Positions 1 through 11,231 of a stretch of 64,000 bases of DNA are shown one piece after another; position 1 is the stretch's first letter, and each line of letters opens with the position of its first letter. Under the pieces are notes generated by a model. The model made no database searches, was not told where the DNA came from, and worked only from the letters and a program-made list of their open reading frames with translations. A program made the translations under genes and the position numbers. The stretch is from Thainema sp. (GTDB lineage Bacteria > Cyanobacteriota > Cyanobacteriia > Phormidesmidales > Phormidesmidaceae): contig JBQLZK010000035.1 in the NCBI GenBank assembly GCA_052168235.1, positions 1-64,000 of the forward strand, read 5' to 3'.

Positions 1-194
1 TTGCCAGTGCGGTCATCACATTTCGCTCATCTGAGGTTTTCGGATAGGCTCTTAGCCTTCAACCTAGTCTTCTCATAAAGAAGCCATATCTTGATCGAGC
101 AAGAATCACGCGCATCATAGTGCTAGTCAGTTGCGATAGACCTAGCTACAGCAACATAGCCCAAGCTGCATTAGCCATACGTAACGCCCAAAAG

Positions 195-233
195 ATAAAG
201 GTGGAGGAACACACTGCGTTCCTCCACCTTTAT
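195..233 (-). terminator. Intrinsic terminator downstream of infB
   Basis: 16-bp stem ATAAAGGTGGAGGAAC/GTTCCTCCACCTTTAT followed by a T-rich tail on the minus strand, about 30 nt after the infB stop. Confidence 0.75.
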
Positions 234-262
234 TTCAATCATCGTTTACACAGCACATTAGC

Positions 263-3200
263 TTATGCGGTTGCTAGGGTGCGTCGCTTTGTAACCAGCC
301 GGAAGGTTTCAATGATGTCGCCTTCCTGCCAAGCGTTAAAGTTATCAATACCAATTCCGCATTCAAAACCAGAATTGACTTCTTTAACGTCGTCCTTAAC
401 CCGCTTCAACGAATCGAGGTTGCCCGTATAGACAACTTCATCGCCCCGCCGAACTCGGATACGGCAGTTTCGAACGGCTTTACCCGATTGAACATAGCAA
501 CCAGCTACAGCACCACGGCCTACTTGGAACACAGCCCGGACTTGTACTTGGCCCAGAGGCTCTTCGACCTCTTCCGGCTCAAGTAGACCTTCCATTGCGC
601 CCTCAATATCCTCAAGGAGCTTGTAAATGATGCTGTAGTCACGGACATCAACCCCTGCTTCATCTGCAGCGCGGCGTGCACCTGAAGCTAGCGTCGTGTT
701 GAAGCCAATAATCACCGCATTACTTGCAGCGGCTAGATCAACGTCAGTCTCAGAGATTTCGCCTGGGGCCGCCAATAGCACTCGCACCTGTACCTCATTC
801 TGAGGTAGTTGCTGCAGTGCTCCTAGGATTGCTTCAACCGAACCTTGAACATCAGCCTTCAGGATCAAGTTCAGCTCTTTCAGTTCGCCTTCTTGAGCTT
901 GAGCAGATAGAGTGCTGAGGGTTACACGACGAGAAGCCATAGACTGCTGTAAGCGTGACTGGCGCTGCTGCTCTGCCCGCTGTTCAGCAATGCTGCGTGC
1001 TCCTTTTTCGTCTTTATAGACCTCAAATTCATCACCCGCTGCTGGCACATCATTGAGGCCAAGTACTTCAACCGCAGAAGAAGGAGCCGCCACATCCACT
1101 CGATTTCCTCGGTCATCGACCATCGCCCGCACTTTACCAAATACAGAACCGGCGACAATTGAGTCTCCAATGCGCAGCGTACCGTTTTGGACTAAAAGCG
1201 TCGCAACGGGGCCACGAGCCTTATCAAGATTCGCTTCAATGATAGTGCCGCGAGCAGTCCGGTCTGGATTCGCATGCAAATCCTCAACCTCTGCTACTAG
1301 AGCTAACATCTCAAGCAGGTCATCTAGGTTTTCGCCCTTGATTGCGCTGACTGGAACCATGATGGCATCACCACCCCATTCCTCAGGCACAAGGCCATGT
1401 TCCATGAGCTCTTGCTTAACGCGATCAGGGTTCGCTTCCTCTTTATCAACCTTGTTGATAGCAACAACGATAGGAACCTCCGCTGCTTTAGCGTGGCTAA
1501 TTGCCTCGATGGTCTGAGGCCGAACACCATCATCTGCTGCAACAACTAAAATTGCGATGTCAGTAACCCTTGCACCACGTGCCCGCATGGCAGTAAATGC
1601 TTCGTGACCCGGTGTATCAAGGAAGACAATCCGCTTTTGCTCGTCTCCTTCCCCAAGATCAACATGGTAAGCCCCGATGTGCTGGGTAATACCGCCAGCT
1701 TCACCTTGAGCAACCTTGGTCTTGCGGATTGAGTCGAGTAACGTTGTCTTACCGTGGTCAACGTGACCCATGATGGTAACCACAGGCGGACGACGAACGA
1801 GGTTCTCTAGATCCTCCGCATCCAGCATTTCGGTTGTCTTCTTAGCTTCTGCTTCTGCCTCGGCGGTTTCAACCTCAATTTCAAACTCATTCGCCACCAT
1901 CTTTGCGGTGGGAATATCGAGAGTTTGATTGATGTTCGCAGCAATGCCTTTGAAGAAGAGAGTCTTGATGATCTCGGTTTCCGGTACTAGCATGCGCTCT
2001 GCAAGCTCGTGTACCGTTAGCCCGCTCGAAAGTACAAGCGTCTCAGGACGCTGCTGCTTAGCTTCTTCACGTCTCTCTCGACGTTGACTGCGAGAACTTC
2101 CATCCCGCTGAGAGGATGTATTAGGCCGCTTTGTCTTCTGCGCCGTCATGGGAGTAGGCGTTTTCTGCGACTGAGCCGACTTGGGTTTGGGGGGACGAGC
2201 CAGTGAAATACTGACCTGCGAAGGTGCAGGACCACCAGACAAATTATGCTCGCTTTCTAGTTCTTCTAGCTCATCTTCATCCTCAATAATGGTTTGAGAA
2301 CGGCGCTTAGCCTTAGAGGTATTTTTTGCGGCTTTACGATTAAAGTCTTGTTCCTCTTCGTCCTCTTCCCAAGCTTGCTTACGCTTGCCGCCAGCAGGTG
2401 GTTCTGGACGGCGTAAACGAGGCTTCTCAAGTAGCTCCTCTGCATCGGTAGCCACCATGACTGCTGCATCGTTATCAGCATCGGGTTCTCCCTCCTGAGC
2501 AGGCTTATTGTCTGCTTTAGGTGGTTTTGGTGGACGTTTCAGTTCAGGAATGGGTTTATCAGCCGCCTTAGCTGTAGTCGGTTTAGCAGACGGCTTATGC
2601 TGAACAACCTCGACTTTACCAGGTTTAGCATTTGGCTTCGCGACAGTATCCGACTTGCCTGAACCTGATGGCTTGGTAACTGGCTTACGCGGTGGCTCGA
2701 CTGACTTGGCAGCAGGCGCAGCTTTCCGCTCCGCTGAGGGAGCAGTGGCTTCCGACGCAGCAGCAGTCGATACATCCGCTTCTGATGGTTCTGATGGCCG
2801 AGAAGGCGGTTTGATCAGCGAGGGTGCTGGTGCTGGTTTTTCGGCAACAGCTTTTTCCGGCTCAGCATCTCGTTGGGGTATGGGCTGATCAGCCTGATCC
2901 GATTTAGGTGGCTCCACTTGTGGCTCAGCTGACTTGGCTTCCGTGGCAGGAGAATCGGTGGTGGTGGATGTATCTTGATCGGCACTTGCTGGACGGGGGG
3001 GAGCAGCCAGTTTAGGCTCTGATTTGGTAGCCGGACGCACAGCAGGTGCCTGAGGAGCAGATAGTTGTTGATCACCACCAGCACTAGCATCTTCAGCCTT
3101 TGCCGTAGGTGGCTTGGGTGGGCTGATTGGCCGTGTGCGGCGCACTTCCAAAATCTGCTGTTTCCGTACCGACGATTTATCGGCTCCCTTACTTTGCGTC

Positions 3201-3412
3201 TTCAATCCTTTACCTTTTGCTCCTTTGCTTGCTGTTTGGTTGGGGACGTAACTTTTAGCTGCAGCACGAATTTGAGCCGCTTCTTGCTCGCTAATGGTGC
3301 TGCTGTGGCTCTTAACTGAAATACTTAAGCGATCGCAGATCGCTAGTACGTCCTTATTATCTAAATCTAATTCACGGGAAAGTTCGTATATCCTGACTTT
3401 GCCGTTGTTCAT
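263..3412 (-). CDS. infB: Translation initiation factor IF-2
   Basis: N-terminal [11 protein letters not shown] (IF2_N), long Pro/Ala/Lys-rich linker, GTPase motifs [17 protein letters not shown] and NKVD, and the C-terminal LKADVQGS and ECGI motifs. Confidence 0.99.
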   Translation of the reverse strand: MNNGKVRIYELSRELDLDNKDVLAICDRLSISVKSHSSTISEQEAAQIRAAAKSYVPNQTASKGAKGKGLKTQSKGADKSSVRKQQILEVRRTRPISPPKPPTAKAEDASAGGDQQLSAPQAPAVRPATKSEPKLAAPPRPASADQDTSTTTDSPATEAKSAEPQVEPPKSDQADQPIPQRDAEPEKAVAEKPAPAPSLIKPPSRPSEPSEADVSTAAASEATAPSAERKAAPAAKSVEPPRKPVTKPSGSGKSDTVAKPNAKPGKVEVVQHKPSAKPTTAKAADKPIPELKRPPKPPKADNKPAQEGEPDADNDAAVMVATDAEELLEKPRLRRPEPPAGGKRKQAWEEDEEEQDFNRKAAKNTSKAKRRSQTIIEDEDELEELESEHNLSGGPAPSQVSISLARPPKPKSAQSQKTPTPMTAQKTKRPNTSSQRDGSSRSQRRERREEAKQQRPETLVLSSGLTVHELAERMLVPETEIIKTLFFKGIAANINQTLDIPTAKMVANEFEIEVETAEAEAEAKKTTEMLDAEDLENLVRRPPVVTIMGHVDHGKTTLLDSIRKTKVAQGEAGGITQHIGAYHVDLGEGDEQKRIVFLDTPGHEAFTAMRARGARVTDIAILVVAADDGVRPQTIEAISHAKAAEVPIVVAINKVDKEEANPDRVKQELMEHGLVPEEWGGDAIMVPVSAIKGENLDDLLEMLALVAEVEDLHANPDRTARGTIIEANLDKARGPVATLLVQNGTLRIGDSIVAGSVFGKVRAMVDDRGNRVDVAAPSSAVEVLGLNDVPAAGDEFEVYKDEKGARSIAEQRAEQQRQSRLQQSMASRRVTLSTLSAQAQEGELKELNLILKADVQGSVEAILGALQQLPQNEVQVRVLLAAPGEISETDVDLAAASNAVIIGFNTTLASGARRAADEAGVDVRDYSIIYKLLEDIEGAMEGLLEPEEVEEPLGQVQVRAVFQVGRGAVAGCYVQSGKAVRNCRIRVRRGDEVVYTGNLDSLKRVKDDVKEVNSGFECGIGIDNFNAWQEGDIIETFRLVTKRRTLATA

Positions 3413-3532
3413 CCACTTTCGCCTCTCGAATCCTACTGCTTAACACATAGTGTAAAAACCTGCTCAGTTGACGACACAATCAATGAGTCTGAACTCTCCT
3501 AGCTATTGCATATTTAGCTTTTACTATCTACC

Positions 3533-3576
3533 CCTCTTGTGAAGGTTTATCGATCTCGATAAACCTTCACAAGAGG
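3533..3576. repeat. Perfect 21-bp inverted repeat upstream of infB
   Basis: CCTCTTGTGAAGGTTTATCGA-TC-TCGATAAACCTTCACAAGAGG. Confidence 0.9.
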
Positions 3577-4090
3577 CACAGTAAGTATACACAGCGGCTT
3601 TATATCAGCAGCTACCATATTTTAGCTGTATCTGTATATAAACCCCGTTTAGCAACAACTTTGAGCGGTTCAGCCTATTCAAGCTTACACTTCGACTTAA
3701 TGCACGGAGCTAGATAGCGCAAATGTTGCTGGGATGGCAACTACCATCTGAGAACTCCGAATACACCATCAAGCTAACCTCAATCACCACCTTCTCACAT
3801 GAAAAGGGTTCAGATTAAGGTTAGCCAATAGTACCTCAAGCGTCTTCATCTGTTCGGAATTGGTTTCAAATCAATATTTGAAATCAACAGTGATTTGGAG
3901 CTGGCTGCAAAATCGACTAACGATTAATGACTTTGCTGAGGATACTTGGAGCGTGCTGTCCGTTGTTATCTTTATCCTACTTGGCTATTCCTGATTTGAG
4001 TTAGGCGGATAACCGTTATGGTCTAAAGCTTATGGAAAGCACTGAGTGTAACTATAAGTTTGCATTTTCACTATCCTAACAAATTCCCTC

Positions 4091-4141
4091 GAATCCACAT
4101 GCGACTTCAAACAGAATCCACATGCGACTTCAAACAGAATC
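4091..4141 (+). repeat. 23-bp tandem duplication
   Basis: GAATCCACATGCGACTTCAAACA twice, then a partial GAATC. Confidence 0.9.
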
Positions 4142-4183
4142 TACAAGGAGGACTTCCCTATGAGTAGCCTTCTGTTACTTCTG

Positions 4184-5308
4184 TTAAAAGGCATCATGCG
4201 CTCTTGCCAATCCTGTTGAGAGGCTGACCCATGCTAAACCTTCACTCGTGCCAACCCACAATTTATTGCCGGTATCGGGTGAAAGCGACAAGATTTGGCT
4301 AGATGGCAGATTGGGCACCGAGCCTAGAATCGCGCCATTATAAGGATTAACGCGCCTTAATCCGTCATCTGTGCCAACCCAAAGACTATTAATGCGGTCA
4401 AAGCCTAAAGCCGTAATATTGACGTTCCGAAACTCGGTGAGCGATCTCAACAACTGACCATTGCGGGGATTAATCACCTGCACACCTTCGGGCGTACCGA
4501 CCCAAAGTTGACCGTGGGGCCCAGGTGTAAGAGTTTGCACTGTTTCCCCCGGTAGGCTTTCCACTCGGCGAACCGGGTAAGCACTAGCTGTATCTATCTT
4601 GACCAGTCCGTTTAAGGTACCGACCCAGAGATAGCCATCGGCATCTAGCGTCAGCGTATTGGCACTGACACCTGGTAGATCCTGGAGAGTAGTCATGAGT
4701 AAGCCTTGATCAGGACTGATTAAGGCCAATCCTCGATCGGTGCCGACCCAAAGATAGCCCCGCCGATCAATCTGCAGCGACAAAACGCGATTAGACGGCA
4801 GACGAAAGCTCTGAGCCGTAATTTCATTACTCCGGGGATCAACACGAAACAGGCCATCATAGGTGCCAATCCAGATGCGTCCCACTCGATCCTGCACCAT
4901 TGCGCCGACGGCTCGGTTGGGCAGTGCAACTCGGGCTTTAACTCGTCCGGTATTAGGGTCAAGTCGGGCAATGCCCTGCCAAGATCCAACCCAGAGATCA
5001 CCCTGATAATCCGCTTGCAGCGCCGGGATGCGGGCATCCGGCTGAAATGAAGGATTTTCTTGCCGTTCGGTGGGTAACGGTTCGGCTCGCGGTGGTGGTG
5101 CGGTCGGTGAGTTTTGCACTGCCTGAGCAGGTGACTGGGCTGTTGCGATCGCACTAACTGCAGGTACAGTCATTGACCCAATCACCATAGCTAAACCTGC
5201 TTTAGACAGTAGCTTGAGTATCGGTTTAAGCAAAAAAAACGATCGCCCTGTTCTGTCTGTCACGGGATAAGCTACTGGATGATTTAATGCCATGCCTTGT
5301 TGTGCCAT
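4184..5308 (-). CDS. Secreted or periplasmic beta-propeller protein (two-component regulator propeller-type repeats)
   Basis: Hydrophobic N-terminal segment, Pro-rich linker and seven LWVG(T/S)xxG(L/I/V)-type repeats. ATG at 5308 has a GAGG SD-like sequence upstream (the ORF track starts at GTG 5320). Confidence 0.8.
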   Translation of the reverse strand: MAQQGMALNHPVAYPVTDRTGRSFFLLKPILKLLSKAGLAMVIGSMTVPAVSAIATAQSPAQAVQNSPTAPPPRAEPLPTERQENPSFQPDARIPALQADYQGDLWVGSWQGIARLDPNTGRVKARVALPNRAVGAMVQDRVGRIWIGTYDGLFRVDPRSNEITAQSFRLPSNRVLSLQIDRRGYLWVGTDRGLALISPDQGLLMTTLQDLPGVSANTLTLDADGYLWVGTLNGLVKIDTASAYPVRRVESLPGETVQTLTPGPHGQLWVGTPEGVQVINPRNGQLLRSLTEFRNVNITALGFDRINSLWVGTDDGLRRVNPYNGAILGSVPNLPSSQILSLSPDTGNKLWVGTSEGLAWVSLSTGLARAHDAF

Positions 5309-6154
5309 ATTCCACCTCACTCCTCACTTTGCCGCCAAAACCTTGTGCAAGCCCAAACTAAATCCCATAAATCCTTTAGTAGATTGCCCCGGATCATCCG
5401 CTCAATTTCATACTGATGCAGCTTAAAGTACATCGTGGCAAATCGAAATCATGACTGGGCTGAAATCTAAATGCCTCTTGGAACTCCTGGAACTCCTGGA
5501 ATTTTTATAACCTCAAGTATTAATATTTATTGGTTATATAAGGTATAAGTTTGTGATATAGGGTTGCTGCCACTTTATGTAGATTTGCTACAATCATCTG
5601 CCACAATCAAGCAGAAAGTGAACTCAGGATCGTGGATTAAATAGCTCGTAAATCGTTCCAGCTATAGGGACGCTACGTCATCGCGATGTCCCGGCCCCAA
5701 AGATTTCACCTAATTAAATCCGTGTTCTTAAGAAACCATCAGAATAGATTTGAGCGCAGCTTGATTCGAACAAGAATTTAGGACATGAGATGGTGCCCAT
5801 ATCTTGATTCATGCTGAAGATTAGCCACTCCTAAATTTGGGCAGCCTGCATAACCGCTAGCAATTTTGAGTTGAGGTATCTAAGTAGCCTAGTTCACAGC
5901 ATAGCGACTCACCGCTAGATGTGGGGTAGTTGATTGACCATACTTCATAGATTGGCTCAGGATTAGGGGTGAAGTGCGATCTCACTTCTCTGATCTACTT
6001 CCTCAGATGCAAGTCAAGAGTATAAATGCTCAAAATCTGAAATCCTGAATCTACTTGACGTAGATGTAGTGTCGCCGTCCTATCATGTGGCGAGACATAG
6101 TTGTCGCTTAAGCAATAATTCGAAATATAAAGTAAAGCTTTAACGCAATCTTCA

Positions 6155-6219
6155 ATAAAGAAAAGTTATTTATCGATAAAGATCTTCTGAAATTTAACTT
6201 ATCAAATCCTTGGTAGTAT
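6155..6219 (+). promoter_or_regulatory. Putative rbcL promoter with LysR (CbbR/RbcR)-type box
   Basis: ATAA-N7-TTAT dyad at 6155-6169 (LysR T-N11-A), a second ATAAAG 21 bp downstream, and extended -10 TGgTAGTAT at 6211-6219. Implies a leader of about 270 nt. Confidence 0.45.
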
Positions 6220-6493
6220 TCTTTAGGAAATCGATTAGTAAAGCACACCTTTAGGCGCAAGCGATTTCTATTTAAGGAATGCTTTAGCTTCAAGTTGAGT
6301 TTAGGTAGCGATTTACCGACGACCATCGGAAACAGCATCAAGGCAGAAGCGTTTGAAGCTGGCTTGGTAAGCGGATTGCTCGCATACAAGTCTGGGTCGA
6401 TTTCAAAAAACGGAGGAGGGAGTGTCGCTGTGTCACTTCGTTTTCCGCTCAATCTTGTCAAGATTGCAGTGATTCACAGGTATTAGGGGAGCT

Positions 6494-7924
6494 ATGTCTT
6501 ACTCTCAAACAAAAACTCAGTCTGCCGCTGGATATCAGGCTGGGGTTAAGGATTATAAACTAACGTATTACACGCCAGACTACACACCGAAGGATACCGA
6601 CGTCCTCGCTGCATTTCGGATGACCCCCCAGCCTGGGGTACCTCCCGAAGAGTGTGCAGCAGCGGTAGCAGCAGAATCTTCAACTGGAACCTGGACAACC
6701 GTATGGACTGACCTCCTGACCGACATGGATCGGTACAAAGGTCGTTGTTACGACATTGAGCCGGTTCCCGGTGAAGACAACCAATACATCTGCTATGTTG
6801 CTTATCCTCTCGACCTATTCGAGGAAGGCTCTGTTACCAACCTGCTGACTTCTCTGGTAGGTAACGTGTTTGGTTTTAAGGCTCTGCGTGCTCTTCGTCT
6901 GGAAGACCTGCGGATTCCTGTCGCTTATTTGAAGACCTTCCAAGGTCCTCCGCACGGTATTACCGTTGAGCGGGATAAGATCAATAAGTATGGTCGTCCA
7001 CTGCTCGGCTGTACGATTAAGCCCAAGCTGGGTCTGTCTGCGAAGAACTATGGTCGCGCAGTATATGAGTGTCTGCGTGGTGGTCTAGACTTCACCAAGG
7101 ACGACGAGAACATTAATTCCCAGCCGTTCCAGCGCTGGCGCGATCGCTTCTTGTTTGTTGCTGACGCCATTCATAAGGCTCAAGCAGAAACGGGCGAAAT
7201 CAAAGGTCACTACCTAAACGTTACCGCTGCAACCTGCGAAGAAATGCTGAAGCGGGCTGAGTTCGCCAAAGAACTCGAAATGCCTATCATCATGCATGAC
7301 TTCTTGACCGCTGGTTTCACCGCTAACACTACTCTGTCTCACTGGTGTCGTGACAACGGCGTTCTGTTGCACATTCACCGAGCAATGCACGCGGTAATCG
7401 ACCGTCAGAAGAACCACGGTATTCACTTCCGCGTACTGTCCAAGTGTCTGCGGATGTCTGGTGGTGACCACATCCACACCGGAACCGTTGTCGGTAAGCT
7501 AGAAGGTGACCGGGCTGGTACTCTCGGCTTCGTTGACCTACTGCGTGAGAACTACATCGAGCAAGACAAGTCTCGTGGTATCTACTTCACCCAAGACTGG
7601 GCTTCCATGGGTGGTGTAATGGCTGTGGCTTCCGGTGGTATCCACGTGTGGCACATGCCTGCACTCGTTGAGATTTTCGGTGATGACTCCGTTCTCCAGT
7701 TTGGTGGTGGTACCTTGGGTCACCCCTGGGGTAACGCGCCGGGTGCAACCGCTAACCGGGTTGCTCTGGAAGCTTGTGTACAGGCACGGAACGAAGGTCG
7801 CAACTTGGCTCGCGAAGGTGGCGACATCATCCGCGAAGCTGCTAAGTGGTGCCCTGAACTGGCCGTTGCTTGTGAGCTTTGGAAGGAAATCAAGTTCGAA
7901 TTTGATACGGTCGACACGATCTAG
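6494..7924 (+). CDS. rbcL: RuBisCO large subunit, form IB
   Basis: [10 protein letters not shown] active-site motif, [15 protein letters not shown], 476 aa, SD GGGGAG. Confidence 0.99.
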   Translation: MSYSQTKTQSAAGYQAGVKDYKLTYYTPDYTPKDTDVLAAFRMTPQPGVPPEECAAAVAAESSTGTWTTVWTDLLTDMDRYKGRCYDIEPVPGEDNQYICYVAYPLDLFEEGSVTNLLTSLVGNVFGFKALRALRLEDLRIPVAYLKTFQGPPHGITVERDKINKYGRPLLGCTIKPKLGLSAKNYGRAVYECLRGGLDFTKDDENINSQPFQRWRDRFLFVADAIHKAQAETGEIKGHYLNVTAATCEEMLKRAEFAKELEMPIIMHDFLTAGFTANTTLSHWCRDNGVLLHIHRAMHAVIDRQKNHGIHFRVLSKCLRMSGGDHIHTGTVVGKLEGDRAGTLGFVDLLRENYIEQDKSRGIYFTQDWASMGGVMAVASGGIHVWHMPALVEIFGDDSVLQFGGGTLGHPWGNAPGATANRVALEACVQARNEGRNLAREGGDIIREAAKWCPELAVACELWKEIKFEFDTVDTI

Positions 7925-8061
7925 ATATCTGTGTTCCTTGACATCATGTGTGCGATCGCAGATTAAATTTGAGAGTATTCCAATTTAGTTGACCGATCGC
8001 CCACTGATGTTGTGGCTCAGTCACAGCGGAGCAGACTATCTAAGGACACTTCCCTACATCG

Positions 8062-8481
8062 ATGAACCTCAAGAGCGTCGCCAAAGAAACCGCCAAAGTC
8101 TTATCAAGCTATTTGACTTATCAGGCGCTGAAAACGGTCGTCAATCAGCTGCGAGAAACGAATCCCCCACTGTCGATTTGGCTACATGGGTTTTCGCCAT
8201 CGGGTAAGCTCCAAGACGGAGAACTTTATCTGGAAGAGTTGTTGAGTGCCAACCCGGAACTCGCGTTTCGGATCATGACGGTACGGCAGCATCTCGCAGA
8301 AGAAATTGCTGAATATTTACCAGAAATGGTGCAAACGGGTATTCAGCAAGCCAATATTGAACACCGTAGACGCCATTTAGAGCGCATAACGCAGTTGGGA
8401 GCGTCTTCCTCTGTTCCGGAATCCGAGCAGCTTAGTTCAGATTCATCGGTGTCTGAGACAGATTCTGAATCTTCCGAATGA
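8062..8481 (+). CDS. rbcX: RuBisCO assembly chaperone RbcX
   Basis: [23 protein letters not shown] and [11 protein letters not shown] motifs; lies between rbcL and rbcS. Confidence 0.97.
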   Translation: MNLKSVAKETAKVLSSYLTYQALKTVVNQLRETNPPLSIWLHGFSPSGKLQDGELYLEELLSANPELAFRIMTVRQHLAEEIAEYLPEMVQTGIQQANIEHRRRHLERITQLGASSSVPESEQLSSDSSVSETDSESSE

Positions 8482-8552
8482 TCCTGCCTTCGGCTAATGC
8501 CAGTAAAAAATTAGCCTGTACATTACGCAGTTTTGAGTTTATTGAGGAAACC

Positions 8553-8894
8553 ATGAGAACTCTGCCTAAAGAGCGCCGCTTCGAAACGATGTCTTATCTG
8601 CCACCGCTAACGGATGCGCAGATCGCAAAACAAATCCAGTACATTGTTGATAAGGGTTTCATTCCTGCTGTTGAATTCAACGCAGAATCTAATCCTGAAG
8701 AGTACTACTGGACGATGTGGAAGCTACCTTTGTTCAACGCAAACAGCGTTCAAGAGGTACTGGATGAAGTCCGAGCTTGCCGCTCCGAGTATGGCGACAA
8801 CTACATCCGGGTTGTTGGCTTCGACAACATCAAGCAGTGCCAAGTTGCTTGTTTCATCGTACACAAGCCTAATCAGAGCACTTATCGTTACTAA
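8553..8894 (+). CDS. rbcS: RuBisCO small subunit
   Basis: [29 protein letters not shown] and IRVVGFDN motifs; SD GAGGA before ATG 8553. Confidence 0.98.
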   Translation: MRTLPKERRFETMSYLPPLTDAQIAKQIQYIVDKGFIPAVEFNAESNPEEYYWTMWKLPLFNANSVQEVLDEVRACRSEYGDNYIRVVGFDNIKQCQVACFIVHKPNQSTYRY

Positions 8895-8939
8895 GGGTTT
8901 ATTCCTTACAGCGATTTAGGTACATTTTTTTCATAGCTG

Positions 8940-8973
8940 ATAGGGGAGATGCCGAGCATCTCCCCTATTTTTT
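8940..8973 (+). terminator. Intrinsic terminator of rbcLXS
   Basis: ATAGGGGAGATGC/GCATCTCCCCTAT stem followed by a T run. Confidence 0.85.
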
Positions 8974-8998
8974 CGCACTTATAGCGGTTCTAGATAAG

Positions 8999-9175
8999 AA
9001 CGAGAGAGGAGAGTGCCTCAGCATGAGGCACTCTCCTCTCTCGTTTTCTCACTCTTAACTGGAATCACTATACGTTCTTGCCTTCGTTGAAATGAGGCTT
9101 GATATGCCTCTGCTTGGTACACCCTCCAACCGAAAAGCCGGGGCTGAATTGCACGCAGCACCCGGCTTTTCGGTT
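8999..9175. terminator. Two further hairpins between convergent rbcS and glycosyltransferase genes
   Basis: 22-bp perfect stem at 8999-9045 and 15-bp stem at 9128-9175. Confidence 0.6.
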
Positions 9176-9219
9176 AGGGGATTGATTCGGTTAGGGGCAA
9201 ATTAGGGAGTTGATCAGGC

Positions 9220-10839
9220 TTACTTTGCGATCGCTCGGTAGACTTCAATTGGTGAGAATTCTTGGCTGGTAAACGTTAGGTGTTCTGCGATCGCAAAATC
9301 TGGGCCTAGGGTTTGTTCAAAAATTTGATTGATGCCGTCTTCATCGTTGCAAAAAATCCAGCAGGCTAGCCAAACTGTGTCAGGTGGTGCCGTTTGTTTT
9401 CCCGCTAAGCTGGCTTGAATGCTTTGCGGGTCAATCTGACTAGAGCCGTCTGCCGTTACTATACGCTCAATTAAGTGAGCTGGAACTGGGCCATTGTAAT
9501 AGCGAAAGAAAGACTGCTTCGCTAATGCCGCAATGGAATAGTAATCGATAACGTCACTCACCCGTTCGTGCTGTTCAATGTAGGCAGTCGCGCCCTGCCA
9601 GTCATTGCGATAGAGCGTGGTGTAGTAGTCCCGTAAGCTAGCTGATGTGACAATCAGGCAAACCGCTGCAACTGCGATCGCAACTGGGCGTCGCCAGTGC
9701 CACATCACCATTAAGCCCATGGCCAGCAGTAGTAGCAAGTAAGGTGCAACAAACATTAGATAGCGCGGTGACCACACCGAAACTTGCAGACAGGACACGA
9801 TGAACATAAAGAAGGTGGGTAGACCAGCCCAAGTCGCTAACCAGACCAGAAGTTGTGTGGGATGACGAACGATGGCTGCGATCGCAACAAACAACAAACC
9901 CCAAATCATCAGCGTCGCTAAACCGCTGAGCAGCAAAATGGGTAAATGGCTTTGCACCAGCTGCGTCACGGCTGTCCAATTATCAATACTGCTTTTGCTC
10001 GATTCTAGTAAGTAGCGCAGCGGCCAATACACCGTTAGCTGCGTCATCATACTCGCTGTGTGAATCAGACTGATACTTTCGTCGTCTGTGCTTTGATCTT
10101 CGACAAAATCCTCAATGCCACCGCCCACCGTCAGTGAAAATAGAATTGGGGCTAATAATAAGCCCAACACCGCAAATCCCACGCCACAAACGGTCAGCCA
10201 TCGTCGCTGGCGGCGAAACGTCCAGCCAGCCAAGGCAGCATCTGCCATTAAGATCAAAAAATTATTGGGATTAGACAAAATGAGGCCAGTCCGCGCCAAT
10301 ATCCACCAACCCCAGTGCTTGTAATTTGGGTGTTGCATCATCCGAGCTAGGGCCAGCGTTCCAGCCAAACTGAGGCATGGAATTAAGCTGTACATCCGAA
10401 TTTCTTGCGCATGGTGGATAAAGATGGGTGCAACCGTCATCAGAACAGCGGCTATGTAGCCAACTGCTTGACTAATCAGCAGTTTACCTAAGCGGTAAGT
10501 GAGAAAAACGCTGACAACACCCAATAAAGCAGATAGCGTTCTTAACCACGCATCGCTCTGACCAAACTGCATCCAGAACTGCAAGAGTGCGTAGTACAAC
10601 GGACGACGATAGGGCAGCGTCCATTCAAATGTTTCTGCATCCCGCAGGCTGAGCATTTCGTCAATCCAGACGCTCTCTGTGCCAATTTGGTAAAACCGCA
10701 GCAACGCCGCTAAGCCCAAAATGCCTAGGATCAAGATTGTGCTGCGATTAGCCCGTTGACCAACAAGCCAAGGAAACCGTCCAGCAAAAGACTTTGTTAC
10801 TGAGGTAATAGGTGTACTAAAAACAGGCGGACTTTCCAT
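9220..10839 (-). CDS. GT-C fold membrane glycosyltransferase (GT39/PMT-like)
   Basis: LRFYQIGTESVWIDE motif, PLYY, HAQEIRMYS, PRY and many transmembrane segments. Confidence 0.85.
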   Translation of the reverse strand: MESPPVFSTPITSVTKSFAGRFPWLVGQRANRSTILILGILGLAALLRFYQIGTESVWIDEMLSLRDAETFEWTLPYRRPLYYALLQFWMQFGQSDAWLRTLSALLGVVSVFLTYRLGKLLISQAVGYIAAVLMTVAPIFIHHAQEIRMYSLIPCLSLAGTLALARMMQHPNYKHWGWWILARTGLILSNPNNFLILMADAALAGWTFRRQRRWLTVCGVGFAVLGLLLAPILFSLTVGGGIEDFVEDQSTDDESISLIHTASMMTQLTVYWPLRYLLESSKSSIDNWTAVTQLVQSHLPILLLSGLATLMIWGLLFVAIAAIVRHPTQLLVWLATWAGLPTFFMFIVSCLQVSVWSPRYLMFVAPYLLLLLAMGLMVMWHWRRPVAIAVAAVCLIVTSASLRDYYTTLYRNDWQGATAYIEQHERVSDVIDYYSIAALAKQSFFRYYNGPVPAHLIERIVTADGSSQIDPQSIQASLAGKQTAPPDTVWLACWIFCNDEDGINQIFEQTLGPDFAIAEHLTFTSQEFSPIEVYRAIAK

Positions 10840-11231
10840 ACTGTTACCGTTTGGGAGGTGAAAAGACCAATTTTGGGAGGTGAGCCCTGCTCAAAATCAA
10901 GCTGCTCAAGATCATATTTTGTCCTTCGGTAAATACCGATTTATCTTTTTTGCCTCTACGAAAAATTGCTGATTAAGGACACTAATTTAAAGATTTAGCA
11001 AACAGCCTGCCCTGTGTTGGATGACAAAAATTGATGATAATGCTGCAAGAGTACGCCAAGCCCATACCGAACATCTCACCTGTGCGTAAATTATCGACAG
11101 AAAGCAGAAAAAAGGTACAGAATCAACTGCGATCGCAACTGACCCTGTACCTTTTGAGCTGGAACCCAGTTTGTAGCTGTCTGAATTCCGTCCGAGTTAC
11201 CACACTATCGGTAAAGACCCACTAAACACCG

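Noticed and set aside
4091..4141. 23-bp repeat as a CRISPR array
   Set aside because: The copies are directly adjacent with no spacers, and no cas genes are present.
6108..6486. Small ORFs in the rbcL upstream region
   Set aside because: TTG starts, no motifs, and they overlap the likely promoter and leader.
8478..8552. N-terminally extended RbcS from the ORF track
   Set aside because: The canonical MRTLPKERR start at 8553 has a GAGGA SD; the extension looks like a chance open frame.
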